Positions 27,890 to 41,149 are shown, counted from the stretch's first letter. The stretch is DNA of 64,000 bases from the human T2T-CHM13v2.0 reference genome, Homo sapiens (GCF_009914755.1 NC_060937.1), one strand, 5' to 3'. The notes: generated from the sequence alone by a model not told the origin. Numbers and translations: made by a program.

Positions 27890-28420
27890 GCCAAAATCTG
27901 AACATATAGAACTACATTTATAATTAAGTTTATTTACATATAAATATGAAAATAAATGGGAAAATTATACCACATATGCAAGCTTGGAAAATACATGTGT
28001 ACTTCTATTAACTAAATTTTCTATAACAAAAATTTATAAAAATTATTAAGAAAAAGACACACTCATAGATAAATGAGTAGTATGCAAATATAAATGATCA
28101 ATACATATGTAAAAAGTTGTTTTTATTAGTTATCAAAGCAATGCACAAAATATTACTTCACGGCATTTGCTTGGCAAAAATTAAAAATTATTTATCTACT
28201 AGGCTACCCATCTTTCAGGCAATTTCTGATGCTAATGAATATGGGGAGATAAAGAGGGAAATAAATTCTCATAGACTCCTACTGGAAATAAGAATAGTAA
28301 CAAGCTTTTCAGAAAGCCATCTGGCAATGACTATTAAAACATATGATTCAGCAATCCTGTCTTGGATTTTATTTCACAGCTATAAGAAACACTTGTATAT
28401 AAGGATATTTAGTATTTAGT
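27890..28420 (+). mobile_element. L1ME-like 3' fragment
   Basis: gcttggcaaaaattaaaa, ttttcagaaagccatctggcaat, atatgattcagcaatcc. Confidence 0.6.
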
Positions 28421-28499
28421 ATAAATTATTATTATTTCTATTTAGCATAATCTCATTAGGTGTTACTTATTTAACTATATATAGCACATGCATTTCTAT

Positions 28500-30421
28500 T
28501 TTTTTTAGTTTTGTAGAACACTTATCGTAAGATCTACTCTCAATAAATTTGAAGTGAATATGTATTATTATTAGCTATAAGCACAATATTGTGCAGCAGA
28601 TCCTTAGAATGTATTCATCTTTCATAACTGAAACTTTATACCTGTTCATTAGCAACTTTTAATTTTCCCATTAAACCAGTCCTTGGCAACCAATATTCCA
28701 CTCTCTGAATCTATGAAATTTACTAGATTATATATTTCATATAAGTGAAATCATGTAGTATTTGTCTTTCTGTGACTGGCTTATTTCATAAGCATAACAT
28801 TCTAAAGGTTCATACATAATGTCATGAGTTGCAAAATTTCTTTTTTAAGGGTGCATAATATTTAATTGTATGTATATATCACATTTTATTTATTTATTTA
28901 TCTATCTGTGAAAGTGCATTTAACTGGTTCCATTTTTTTAGCTATTGTAAATAGGGCTGCAACAAACATGAGATTGCTAATGTCTCTTTGAGATTGTGAT
29001 TTCAATTATTCTTTATAAATATCCATAAGTGGGACTGCCGGATGATATGGTACTTCTATTTTTAGTTTTGTTTGAGGAACCTCCAGACTGATTTTCATAG
29101 CAGTTGCACCACTTTGCATTTCCACCTACAATGCACAAGGCTTCCAACGTTGCCACATTCTTGCCAACACTTGTTGTGTTTTGTTGTTTCGATAATAACC
29201 ATTCTAACAGGTATCAAAACACTGTGGTTTGATTTACATCTTCCTGCAAATCACATTATTAGGTATAGAAAACTAGACTAAAGACTCAATTTAAAAAACT
29301 GTTAGAATTGACAAACTCAGTAAAGTTGCAAGATACAAAATTAACATAAAAATGAGTTGTGTTTCTATACACTAAGAACACACTATCTGAAAATAAAGTT
29401 AGGTAAACAGTTTCATTTATAATAGTACCAAAAAGTATAAAAATGAAGGAATAACCTTATGTAAGGAGGTGAAATTCTTGTTTATTGAAAATAATAAAGC
29501 ATTGATAAAAGTAACAAAGCCAGAAAAACACAAGTGGAAAGACATCCTAGGTTTATCAGTAGAAAGACAATATCTTAAAGTGTCTACACCATACACAGCA
29601 AACTATAGATTCAATGCAATCTCTTTCAAAATTCTAACAGATTTTTTTCTCAGACCCAAAAAGAATTTTAAAATCCATATGAAATAAGAAAGGATTATAA
29701 ACATCCAAATCAATACTGAGAAATAGGAACAAAGCTGAAGTCTTTACACTTCCTGATTTCAAAATACATTACAAAGCTACACAAATAAAAACAGTATAGC
29801 ACTGGCATAAAAACTGACACATGGACCAACTGAATGGAAGACAGAGGCCAGAAATAAATTTACATATATGGTCAACTGATTTTTGACAAGGGTACCAAAA
29901 ATATATGAAGGGGAATAGACAGTCTCTTCAATAAATGATGTTGACCAAAAAGTATTTCCCCATGCAAAAAAAAAAAAAAAAAATGAGCTTGCCTACCTTA
30001 TACCACACTCAAAAATAAACTTAAAATAGATTAAAGACTTAAATGTAAGACATGAAACTGTAATACTCCCAGAATAAAAGGTGGAGGAAAAGCATGACAT
30101 TGGTCTTGGCAACGTTTACATGGATATAACACCAAAAGCACAGGCAACAAAAGACAAAATAGAGAAATGGGACTATATCAAGCTAAAAAGCTTCCGCACA
30201 GCAAAGGAAAAAATCAACAGAGTGAAAGGACAGCTTATAAAATGAAAGAAAATATTAGCAAATCTATAAGTGACAAAGAAGTAATATTCAAAATATATAT
30301 CAAACAATTAAATAACAAGAAAACTAATATCCCTATAAGACCTGAATAGAAATTTCTCTAAAGAAGAAATATAAATAGTCAATAGATATATAAAAAGATT
30401 TTCAAGATGCTTAATTATTAG
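28500..30421 (-). mobile_element. L1MA9-like element with 5' inversion (3' part on minus ~28500-29247, inverted ORF2 part on plus ~29248-30421)
   Basis: Antisense L1MA9-type 3' UTR (gcacaatattgtgcagcagatccttagaa) switches at ~29247 to sense ORF2; candidate flanks gcatttctattttt / gcatatttactttt. Confidence 0.85.
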
Positions 30422-31324
30422 CATATTTACTTTTGAAGAAGACAATATGTTTTGGAATTCTTTATATATTTTTGAAGATGAATTAAAATTTGTCAAGTCA
30501 AAATATTATAAGAAAAAAATTCAAAAATCTTGTGTAACCACATCCATGGTAAACAGCCCTTAACCTAGACCCAATAAGAATATTTAGTGAATGAAGAAAC
30601 AAGAAAGTGCATGGGAATAAGTATCCAAAACAAATTTTGCGTAAAAAAATATCTAAACACCAAGCACAAAAATTATCAAGAAATTAATCCATCATGTACA
30701 CCTTCTAAATAAATCTAAAAATATTCACAAAAAACTTGTCAAAGAAAATGCTACAAACTCCCAATTTTTCAAAAGTTTTTATTTTTTACAATAATTTGTC
30801 CAACTAATGAATACTAGAAATAAAAGACTTTGTGGAAAAACTTATTTTTCAAAAACATTTTCTTTGGTAAAATCTATTGTGTATAAACTATTTGGGATAT
30901 CAATAAATGGCTAATTCTGAATAAAGTAGTTCAGATATTCAGATACTCATCAATTTTTACTTTTTATGTCACTGTACCAAAAAGATATATTAACATATGC
31001 CTTTTTATTTATTATTATTAAGTGATTTCAGTGTCTCACACAGCATAGTGAATCTAACTATATATATATAGAATGGAAAATCAGTAAACAACAATGTCAT
31101 CATCACTGACAATTACAAAAATTGAAAAGTAAAATTTCTCAAGTCAAAATATTATAAAAAATTAATTGAGGGTATGTTTGATTTAGGAATCGCAAATATA
31201 TGATCTTTTGTTCCATTACTTTATTTTTTCAGAAAATAATTATGGCACAATAAAATTAACAGAAAACATTATAAAATGAATTGAAGAAGGCAAAAATTAA
31301 TGAAAAAAATCCCATGTTCAGGTG

Positions 31325-33617
31325 GTGTAACATACACAAATCAATAAATGTGATACACCACATAAACAGAGTTAAAAACAAAATCACATGATCATCTCAA
31401 TAGATATAGAGAAGGCATTTGACAAAGTCTAACATACCTTTTTGATAAAAACCCTCAGCAAAATCAGCATAGAAGGGACATACTTTAAGGAAATTAAAGC
31501 CATCTGTGACAAACACACAGCCAACATTATACTAAATGGAGAAAAGCTTAAAGCATCCCCCCCTGAGAACTAGAACAAGACAAGGATGCCCACTTTCATC
31601 ACTTCTATTCAACATAGTACTGGAAATCCTAGCCAGAGCAATCAGACAAGAGAAAAAATAAAAGGTATCCAAATCAGTAAAGAGGAAGTCAAACTGTTGC
31701 TGTTTTCCAAGGATATGATCATATACCTAGAAAACCCTAAAGACTAATCCAAAAGGCTCCTAGATCTGATAAATGAATTCAATAAAGTTTCAGGATACAA
31801 TATCAATGTACACAAATCAGTAACACTGCTATACATTGATAGCAACCAAGCTGAGAATCAAATCAAGAACTCAACCCCTTTACAGTAGATGTAAAAATAA
31901 TAATAATAAATACAATACCAATATCTAGGAATATTCCCAACTTCAAACTATATTATAAGCCTATAGTCACCAAAACAACATGGTATTGGTATAAACACAG
32001 ACACATAGACCAATGGAACAGAATAGAGAACCCAGAAATAAAGCTGAATACTTACAGCCTGTTAAACAAATGGTGCTGGGATTATTGGCAAGCCACATGT
32101 AGAAGAATAAAAGTGGATTCTCATCTCTCACCTTATACAAAAATTAACTCAAGACAGACCAAGGACTTAAATCTAAGACCTGAACCATAAAATTTCTAGA
32201 AGATAACATTGAATAAACCCTTCTAGACATTGCTTTAGGCAAAGACTTCATGACCAAGAACCCAAAAGCAAATGAAACAAAAACAAAAATGAATAGATAG
32301 GACTTAATTAAACTTGAAATCTTCTGCACAGCAAAAGAAATAATCAGCAGAATAAACAGACAACCCACTGAGTGGGAGAAAATCTTTGCAAACTATGAAT
32401 CTGACAAAGGACTAATATCCAGAATCTACAAGGAACTCAAACAAATCAGCAAGAAAAAAACAAACAATCCCATCAAAAAGTGGGCTAAGGACATGAACAG
32501 CCAATTCTCAAAAGAAGATAAACAAATGGCCAACAAACATATGAAAAAAATGCTCAACATCACTATCAGGGAAATGCAAATCAAAACCACAATGTGATAT
32601 CTTACTTCTGCAAGAATGGCCATAGTTAAAAAATAATAGATATTGGTTTGGAGGTGGTGTAAAGGGAACACTTTTACACTGCTGGTGGGAAGGTAAAGTA
32701 GTACAACTACCTTGGGAAACAGAATGGAAATTCCTTAAAAAACTAAAAGTAAAGGTACCATTTGATCCAGCAATCCCACTACCAGATATCTACCCAGAGA
32801 AAAAGAAGTTATTATATGAAAAAGACACTTGCACACATATGTTTATAGCAGCACAATTTGCAATTGCAAAAATATAAAACCAGCCCAAATGCTCATCAAT
32901 CAACGAGTGAGTAAAAAAACTGTGGTACATACATACTATGGAATAGTTCTCATCCATAAAAAGGAATGAAATAATGTCATTCAGAGCAACCTCTGGATGG
33001 AGTTGGAGATCATTAATCTTCTTTTTTTTTTTTTTTTTTTTTGAGACAGGATCTCACTTTGTCACCCAGGTTTCAATGCAGTGGTGTGATCTCAGGCTCA
33101 CTGCAAACTCAGCCTCCTGGGCTCAGCAATCCTCCCCCTCAGCCCTTCAAGTAGCTGGAACTGCAGGTGGGAGCCACCATGCCCAGCTAATTTTTGTATT
33201 TTTGGTAGAGACAGTGTTTCACCATGTTGCCCAGCCTGGTCTCAAACCCCTAAGCTCAAGTGATCCACCTGTCTCTGTCTCCCAAAGTGCTGAAATTACA
33301 GGTGTGAGCCACCGCACCTGGCCTTGAGACCATTATTCTAAGTGAACGAACTCAGGAATGGAAAACCAAACATTGCATGTTCTCACTAATAAGCAGGAGC
33401 TTAGCTATAAGGATGCAAAGGCATAAGATTGATACAATGGATGTTGGGGCCTCAGGGGGAAGAGTGGGAGGTGAGTGAGGAATAAAAAAACTACATATCA
33501 TGTACAGTGTACACTGCTCGGGTGATGAGTGCACTAAAAATCTCAGAAATCACCGCTAAAGAGCTTATCCATATAACCAAACACTACCTGTTCCCCTAAA
33601 ACCTATTGAAATAAACA
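31325..33617 (+). mobile_element. L1PB1-like element (ORF2 3' half and 3' UTR) with internal deletions and an AluJ insertion
   Basis: ORF2 motifs aaatcaataaatgtgatacaccacataaacaga; 3' UTR gctataaggatgcaaaggcataag...aaatctcagaaatcaccgctaaagagcttatccat...acctattgaaataaa. Confidence 0.92.
33020..33323 (-). mobile_element. AluJ SINE inside L1PB1
   Basis: Long T tail, gagacaggatctcac; flanks tggagatcattaatct / ttgagaccattattct (13/16 match). Confidence 0.96.
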
Positions 33618-34687
33618 AATGGAAATATACCCGATGTTCATGGATTAAAAAAATTGTATTGTTAAAATGTTCATCATGTCCAGAGTGACCTACAGATTCA
33701 GTGTAATTCCTGTTAAATTTCCAATGACATTTGACACAGAAAGAGAAAAACTATCATAACATTCATTTTGAACTACAAAAGATTCCCAGTAGCCAAAGCA
33801 ATTTTGAGTAAAAAGAACAGAACTGAAAGGAACACACTACCCAACTTCAAAATTTACTATAAAGCTATAGTAACCAAAACAGCGTAGTGACACACAGACT
33901 AATGGAACAGAATAGAGAGCCCGGAAATAAATCCATACACTTATAGTCAATTAATTTTTGACAAAATTGCCAAGACCCACAATGAAGGAAAGGGCAATCT
34001 CTTAAGTAAATGGCATTGGGAACACTGGATATTCACATGTAGAGGAATGAAATAGCACCCTTATCTCTCATCACATATAAAAATCAACTCAAAATGAGCT
34101 AAAGACATAAACATAAAACCTGAAACTACAAAACTACCAGAAGAAAGCATAGCAGAAAAAGCTATATGACATTACTCTGGTTAATGATTTCTTGAATATG
34201 ATCTTCCAAAGACAAACAACAAAAGTTAAAATGGCAATAAGGATTACATAAAATGTAAAAGATTCTGCACAGCGAAAGAAATAATCAACAGAATGAAGAT
34301 AACACCTATGAAAAGGGAAAGGGATAAAAGGAAATAAAAAAGGAATATAAGTGTATTTATTACCATTAAAATGTACACTTAAAAAGGTAAAGATGGCAAA
34401 TTATATATGTATAGTTTACCTCAATAAAATTAAAATTAAAAATTAAAAAATTAAAAACCCAAAATATATTAGAAATTAAACAACAGAATTGCAAGAAAAC
34501 AAATGACCCAATTAAAAAAATGGGCAAAAAAAATCTGGATGGACATTTCTCAAAAGAAGACATACAAATGGGCAACAGGAATATGATAAAATGCTTAAAA
34601 GCACTAATCATCAGGGAAATGCAAATAAAAACCAGAGAGATATCACCTTACTCTTATTAGAATGGCTATTATCAAAAAGACAAAAGA

Positions 34688-35010
34688 GGCATGGCACGGT
34701 GGCTCATGCCTGTAAAGCCAGCAATCTGGGAGGCAGAGGTGATAGAACCAATTGAGACCAGGAGTTCAACATCAGCTTAAGAAACAAAGAGAGACCCCTG
34801 TCTCTACAAAATATAAAAATTAAAAAAAAATTAACCAAGCATGGTGGTGCATGCCTGCAATCCTAAGTATTCAGGAGGCTGAAGTGGAAGGATCCTTGAG
34901 CTCAGGAGGACGATGCTGCAGTGAGCTGAGATTGCACCACTGCGCTCCAGCCTGGGTGATGGAGCTAGCGAGACTCTGTCTCAAAATAGAAATAAATAAA
35001 TAAAATAAAG
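34688..35010 (+). mobile_element. AluJ SINE
   Basis: ggcatggcacggtggctcatgcctgtaa; AluJ-type ggaaggatccttgagctcaggag; (AAAT)n tail. Confidence 0.93.
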
Positions 35011-35149
35011 AACGTGGACAAAAGGGAACTCTTGCATACTGTTGATGGAAATGTAAATTAGTGAAACTATTAAAGGAAATAATATTGAGGTTCTTTAAAC
35101 ATTGAAAATAGAACTACCATATGCTCCACAGATCTTACTACTGGGTATG

Positions 35150-35576
35150 CAGTTGACCCTTGAATAACATGGATTTCATCTGCATGGATCCACTTACAAG
35201 CTGATTTCCTTCTGCCCTGCCAACTCTGACACGCTGAAACCAACCCCTTCTCCTCTTCTTCCTCAGCCTATTCAACCTGAAGATGATGAAGACTTTTATG
35301 AGGATGGCTTCCACTTAATAAAGAGTAAATATATTTTATCTTTCTTATAATTTTCTTAATAACATTTTCTTATATAAAGAGTATTATAAAAATATAGTGT
35401 ATTTTATATATATAAAAATATATATCTGTTATTCAACTGTTTATGTTATTGGTAATAATTTTTATCAACAGTAGGCTATTAATAGTTAAGTTTTGGGGGA
35501 GTCAACATTTATATATGGAGTTTCAACTCTGCTGGGGAATGACACCCCAGCCCCCACATTACTCAAGGGTCAACTG
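35150..35576 (+). mobile_element. Tigger2a-like non-autonomous DNA transposon
   Basis: Terminal inverted repeats cagttgacccttgaataa / ttactcaagggtcaactg (17/18); TA on the right flank, TG on the left. Confidence 0.93.
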
Positions 35577-36318
35577 TATATCCAAAATAAACAAAATCAG
35601 CATGTCAAAGAAATACACCTGCACTCCTGTACATTGCAGCATTATTCACAACACCCAAGATAGGGAAACAACCTAACTATCCATGAATGCATGAATGGAC
35701 AAAGAAAATTTCTTATATGTACATAAGGGAACTGAATGTAATGTACTGAATAGTAATTCAGCCTGAAAAACAAAGGAAATTATGTTATTTGTGACAACAT
35801 GGATGAACCTGGAGGACATTATGTTAAGTAAAATAAGCCAGGCACATGAAGACAACTACCACATAATCCCATATATATGTATAATCTAAGAAATTTGAGC
35901 TCATAGAATCAGAGAGTAGATTGGTCATTAACGGGGACTGGGGTGGTTGGGTAGGGGACTAGGGAGATCTTAGTAAAAGGCTACAAATATTTAGTTATAT
36001 AGGAGAAATAAGTTCAAGAGATCTATTATACAATGTGAAGACTATAGCTAAAAATAATGTGTTGTACACTGGAATATTGCTAAGAGAGTGGATTTTTAGT
36101 GTTCTCACTACAAAAAATGATAAATATATAAGGTAACATACATATTAACCAGCTAAATGTAGTCATTCAAAACATCATGTTATTTATCACATATATATAG
36201 AGAGAATTTTTATTTTTCAATTAAAAATAGATGTCATTAAACAGAAAATTAGGGCAACCCCCTTTGGGTCCCCTCCCTTTGTATGGGAGCTCTGTTTTCA
36301 CACTATTTCACTCTATTA

Positions 36319-36501
<183 letters not shown>

Positions 36502-36790
36502 CTAAAGGCTTGCCATTGTTCCTGCACGGCTAAGTGCCCGGGTTCGTCCTAATTGAGCTGAACACTAGTCACTGTGTTCCAAGGTTCTCTTCCGTGACCC
36601 ATAACTTCTAATAGAGCTATAACACTCACCACATGGCCCAAGATTCCATTCCTTGGAATCCTGTGAGGCCAAGAACCTCAGGTCAGAGAATATGAGGCTT
36701 GCCACCATCTTGGAAGTGACCCGCCGCCGTTTTGGAAGTAGCCTACCACCATCTTGGGAGCTCTGGGAGCAAGGACCCCTGGTAACATTT

Positions 36791-36824
36791 TGGAGACCAC
36801 GAAGGGACATCCAAAGTGGTGAGT
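36791..36824 (+). promoter_or_regulatory. Retroviral primer-binding site (36791-36808) and major splice donor (gtg|gtgagt, 36818/36819)
   Basis: tggagaccacgaagggac three bases after the LTR end, then ccaaagtggtgagt. Confidence 0.85.
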
Positions 36825-38333
36825 AATATTGGACCACTTTCTCTTGCTATTCTGTCCTATCCTTCCTTAGAATTGGAGGAAAATACTGGGCACCTGTCGG
36901 CCAGTTAAAAACGATTAGCGTGACCACCGGACTTAAGACTCAGGTGTGAGGCTGTCTGGGGAAGGGCTTTCTAACAACCCTCAACCCTTCTATTGGGGAC
37001 GTTGGTCTGCCTCTAGCCAGCTTCCACTTTCAGTTTTCTTGGGGAAGCCGAGGGCTGACGAGGCAGAAAGCTGTCGCCCGGAACTCCCGGCAGTAGCGGG
37101 TTGAGATCATGGCGCAGCCAGTCTCTACTCAGCAGTCACCCATGCCTGCGCCCCTACCTTTCCTTCTGACCCATACTTCCTGGGTTCCAACCATGACTTT
37201 CTTCAAGGTGTAGCCCCAAAATTCTCCCTACCTCTGAATCTACTTTCTCTGATCCCTGCCTCCTAGGTACTAATGGTTCAGACTTTCATTTCCTCTGGCA
37301 AGTTGTATCTCCAAAGGGATCTAAGGAAGCTCTATCTGTGTCCTTAGGCACCTAGGCTATAACCCGGGAGTCTTATACCTGGTGTCCCTCCCGATTTAGG
37401 TATACAGCTCTCGACATGGGCAGTTATGTGGGACCCATTCCCCACCACCCTTGCCAGGGCCCCAAGTTTATAATGGCTAAGAGAGAAAGAGACAGAGAGA
37501 TGGAGAGAGAGAGAGGGAGAGAGAGACAGAGAAAGACAAAGAGGGAGTCAAAGAGAAAAAGAAAGAAAAAGATAGAAATAGTTAAAAAAAAAAAGTGTGC
37601 CCTATTCCTTTAAAAGCCAGGGTAAATTTAAAACCTGTAATTGATAATTGCCACTTTGTTGTCAGTGTAAATAAGGGTGTAGCAAATCCTTAACCCAGTA
37701 ACCCACGGATGGGCCAAATGCATTCAGTCGGTAGCGGCAACTGCTTTGCTAAAAGTAGAAAAGTAACTTTTAGAGGAAACCTTGTTGTGTGCACACCTCA
37801 CCAGTTCAGAATTATTCTAAGTCAAAAAAGGAAAAAAAAAAGCAAAAAGCCATTGTTTATACATCAAAAATCTTAAAGTATGGGGCTATTATGTTAGAAA
37901 AGGCTAATGTAACTCCAACCACTGATAATTCCCTTAACCCAGCCGATTTCCTTACAGGGGATTTAAATCTTAATTACCATACGAAGGTCCGAGCAGACCT
38001 AGGAGGAACTCCCTTCAGGAGAGGAGGATAGATGGTTCCTCCCAGGTGACTGAGACAAAACCACCATGGGTATTCAGTAATTGATACAGAGACTTGTGTG
38101 GAAGCAGAGTTAGAAAAATTGCCTAATAATTGGTCTCCTCAAACGTGCCAGCTGTTTGCACTCAGCCAAGCCTTAAAGTACTTACAGAATCAAAAGACTA
38201 TCTCAATCCTGACTCAAAGGTTCCCTACACCCTCTCAGAAACGAATTTGCATAAGAACTGTTGTTTATGGGAATGCATCTTATGGGGCAGCTGGGTTGTT
38301 ATGAAATACTCAGGAACCCAGCCCAACTCTAGG

Positions 38334-38696
38334 ACTCACTCCTGAGGGCAAAGGCAATGTTGGGTATGCTGGTAAAGGACCACTAGAATCCAGCAGCCCA
38401 GACCCCTTTCTTTGTGGTCAAGAGAGACGGGAAAACAGGTGCAGGGCTGCTACATTGGTGAGCGTAACTAATCCTATAAGCAGAGGTCCATGGGTGGTTA
38501 TGCACCCTGGAAAGTAACTCACCCCTGAGAGCAAAGGCAATGTTGGGTATGCTGGTAAAGGACCACTAGAATCCAGCAGCCTGGACCCCTTTCTTTGTGG
38601 TCAAGAGAGGCAGGAAAACAGCTGCAGGACTGCTACATCGGTGATTGTAACTAATCCGATAAGCAGAGGTCCATGGGTGGTTATGCACCCTGGAAA
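38334..38696 (+). repeat. Two-copy tandem repeat, period 183 bp, in the HERV-W leader
   Basis: 38334-38513 versus 38517-38696, about 12 mismatches by manual alignment. Confidence 0.95.
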
Positions 38697-38788
38697 AGAA
38701 TAAGCATTAGGCCCTTAGAGGACGCTCTAGGACTACTGCTCATCAGAAAATGACTAGGGGTGCTGGCATACCTATGTTCTTTCTTCAG

Positions 38789-39266
38789 ATGGGAAATGTT
38801 CCCCCAACCCCAAGGCAAAAACACCCCTAAGATGTATTCTGGAGAATTAGGACCAATTTGACCCTCAGACGCTTGGAAATAAATGACTTATATTTTTCTA
38901 CATTACCACCTGGCCACGATATCCTCTTCAAGGGGGAGAAACCTGGCTTCCTGAGGGAAGTATAAATTATAACACCATCTTACAGCTAGACCTCTTCCGT
39001 AGAAAGGAGGGCAAATGGAGTGAAGTGCCATATGTGCAAACTTTCTTTTCATTAAGAGATAACTTGCAATTATGTAAAAAGTGTGATTTATGTCCTACAG
39101 GAAGCCCTCAGACTACCTCCCTACCCCAGCGTCCCCCAGACTCTTCCCCAACTAATAAGGACCCCCCTTCAACCCAAACGATCCAAAAGGAGATAGATAA
39201 GGGTGTAAACAATGAACCAAAGAGTGCCAATATTCCCCGATTATGCCCCCTCCAAGCAGTGGGAGG
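38789..39266 (+). pseudogene. gag: HERV-W gag N-terminus (matrix region), disrupted
   Basis: atgggaaatgttccc start, early frameshift, in-frame stops (gagaattag, aaatga), then [51 protein letters not shown]. Confidence 0.92.
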
Positions 39267-39534
39267 GGAAAAACATGCTGCTTGGAAGGCTCTTATGATT
39301 CTGGTGGAAGCCAGAGCCTATTTTGAGTGGAATGTAAATGTCCAAATTGCTCTGGATGATGGTAGAGAAAGGGAATCACATAGCTTACTATCTAGAAAGA
39401 GCTAATCTGATAGAGCATTGAAAGGGTTTTTGGAAGGCAAAACAGAAGTGCCATCTCAAAATAAATATTTTGTAAGAAAGTGGCTGATATTAACTCCGGA
39501 AGGCAGAATATGCACTAAATTAGAGGCATCTGTA

Positions 39535-40700
39535 AGCGTGAGAGACCCATTTTCTCTACATCTTTGCCAAAACCTGGTGTTGTCAGATTTTTTTTTTTTT
39601 TTTTTTTTTTTTGTTTTCCTCTTTTTGGCCATGCTGACATCTCGTGGTTTTAATTTGAAGTTCCGTGATGACTAATGTGGACCATCTTTTCATATGCTTA
39701 TTTGCCATATATATTCTAATTGTTAAAATGTTTACCTGTGTCTTTCATCTATTTTTAATTTGGTTGGTGGTTCTTTACTGTTGAGTTTTTAGAGTTATTT
39801 ATATATTCAAGGTACTAATCCTTTATCAGAAATGTTGTTACCATAAATATTGTCAAAATCTGTGACATGTCCTTTTGTCGTCTTAATAGATTCTTTTGTA
39901 AGAAAAATATTTTAATTTTTACAATGTCAAATTTATCAAGTTTTTCTTTACTGCTTGTACTTTTGATTTCATATCTAAGAATTCTGTCTGTACTTAGATT
40001 CTATGATTTCCTCCTTTGTTATGACAGGTTTTAGTTTTACATTTTGCATTTGAGTCCATCATCTTTTGAGCTAATTCTTTTGTACAAGGTGAAGATAGGT
40101 CAAGGTTTATTTTTGCCTTTGAATATCAAATTGCTCAAACACCATTTTTGAAATTCTGTCTTCTTCCTATTAACTTGCTTGTGTACCTTTGTGAAAAATC
40201 AATTGAGTATACCCCAGGGACCTATTTCTATGTTCTCTATTCTGCTGCATTAAATTATGTGTCTATCCCCTTGCTAATACCAGAGAATTTTGCTCATTTT
40301 AGATATATAATTTGTGAAATTCAGCAGACCAATAACTCATTTATTGCTTTCTCAAAATTATTTAAATGTTACTCTTCCTTTACCTTTTCATATACATTTT
40401 AGAATAGTGCTTTTTATATCTACCAAAATCTTGTTGGAAATTTGATAGAAAATATATTGAAATGTATCAATTAAAGGACAATTAACATACTTACTATCTT
40501 GAATTTTCCAATATATGAACACCATATCTTCCCTAATTAAATTAGAACTTATTTGATTTCTTTCATCAGTGTCTTCAGTATAGATGTCCTGTATATGTTT
40601 TATCACATTCACACTAAAAATTTTCATTTTGGAGCAATTGTAAAAACTATCTGGGCCTGAAGCTTTCTTTTTTTATTCTTTGGATGTTTACATTTTTAAA
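39535..40700 (-). mobile_element. Old antisense L1M (ORF2 3' part)
   Basis: ccatcttttcatatgcttatttgccat, catatacattttagaatag, ctatcttgaattttccaatatatgaac; ORF 40388..40627 is L1-like. Confidence 0.8.
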
Positions 40701-40745
40701 TTTAATATCTTTGAATGATTATTGTGCTAACTAAGAAATGTATTT

Positions 40746-41040
40746 GGCCAGGCATGGTGGCTCACGCCTGTAACCCCAGCACTTTGAGAGGACAAGGCGG
40801 GTGGATTACTTGAGTCCAGGAGTTTGAGACCAGCTTGGCTAATATGGCAAAACCTTGTCGCTACGAAAAATACAAAAATTAGCTGGGTGTGGTGGCATAC
40901 CCATGTAGTCACAGCTACTTGGGAGGATGAGGTGTGAGAATCTCTTGAATCTGGGAGGCTGAGATTGCAGTGAGCCAAGATCGTGCCACTGCACTCCAGC
41001 CTCGGCGACAGTGCGAGACTCTGTCTCAAAAAAAAAAAAA
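40746..41040 (+). mobile_element. AluJb/Sz-like SINE
   Basis: Full dimer with A tail; flanks aaatgtattt / aaatgttattt. Confidence 0.96.
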
Positions 41041-41149
41041 TGTTATTTCATAATGTGGAAGTTATGGTAGTATGAAATTTTAAAGAATCAGTCCATTTTA
41101 TCTCAGTCATCCAATTCATATGTTTAAAGTTGTATTATCATATTCCATT

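Larger units (their letters stand above)
33618..36230 (+). mobile_element. L1MA6-8-like ORF2 end and 3' UTR, interrupted by an Alu and Tigger2a
   Basis: tacagattcagtgtaattcc, aatggaacagaatagagagccc; 3' UTR aataagttcaagagatctattatacaa...attgctaagagagtggatttt. Confidence 0.88.

Noticed and set aside
39440-39450. aaaacagaag as the 3' target duplication of the HERV-W copy
   Set aside because: Only a short A-rich match to the 5' flank, with no preceding poly(A) or viral R sequence
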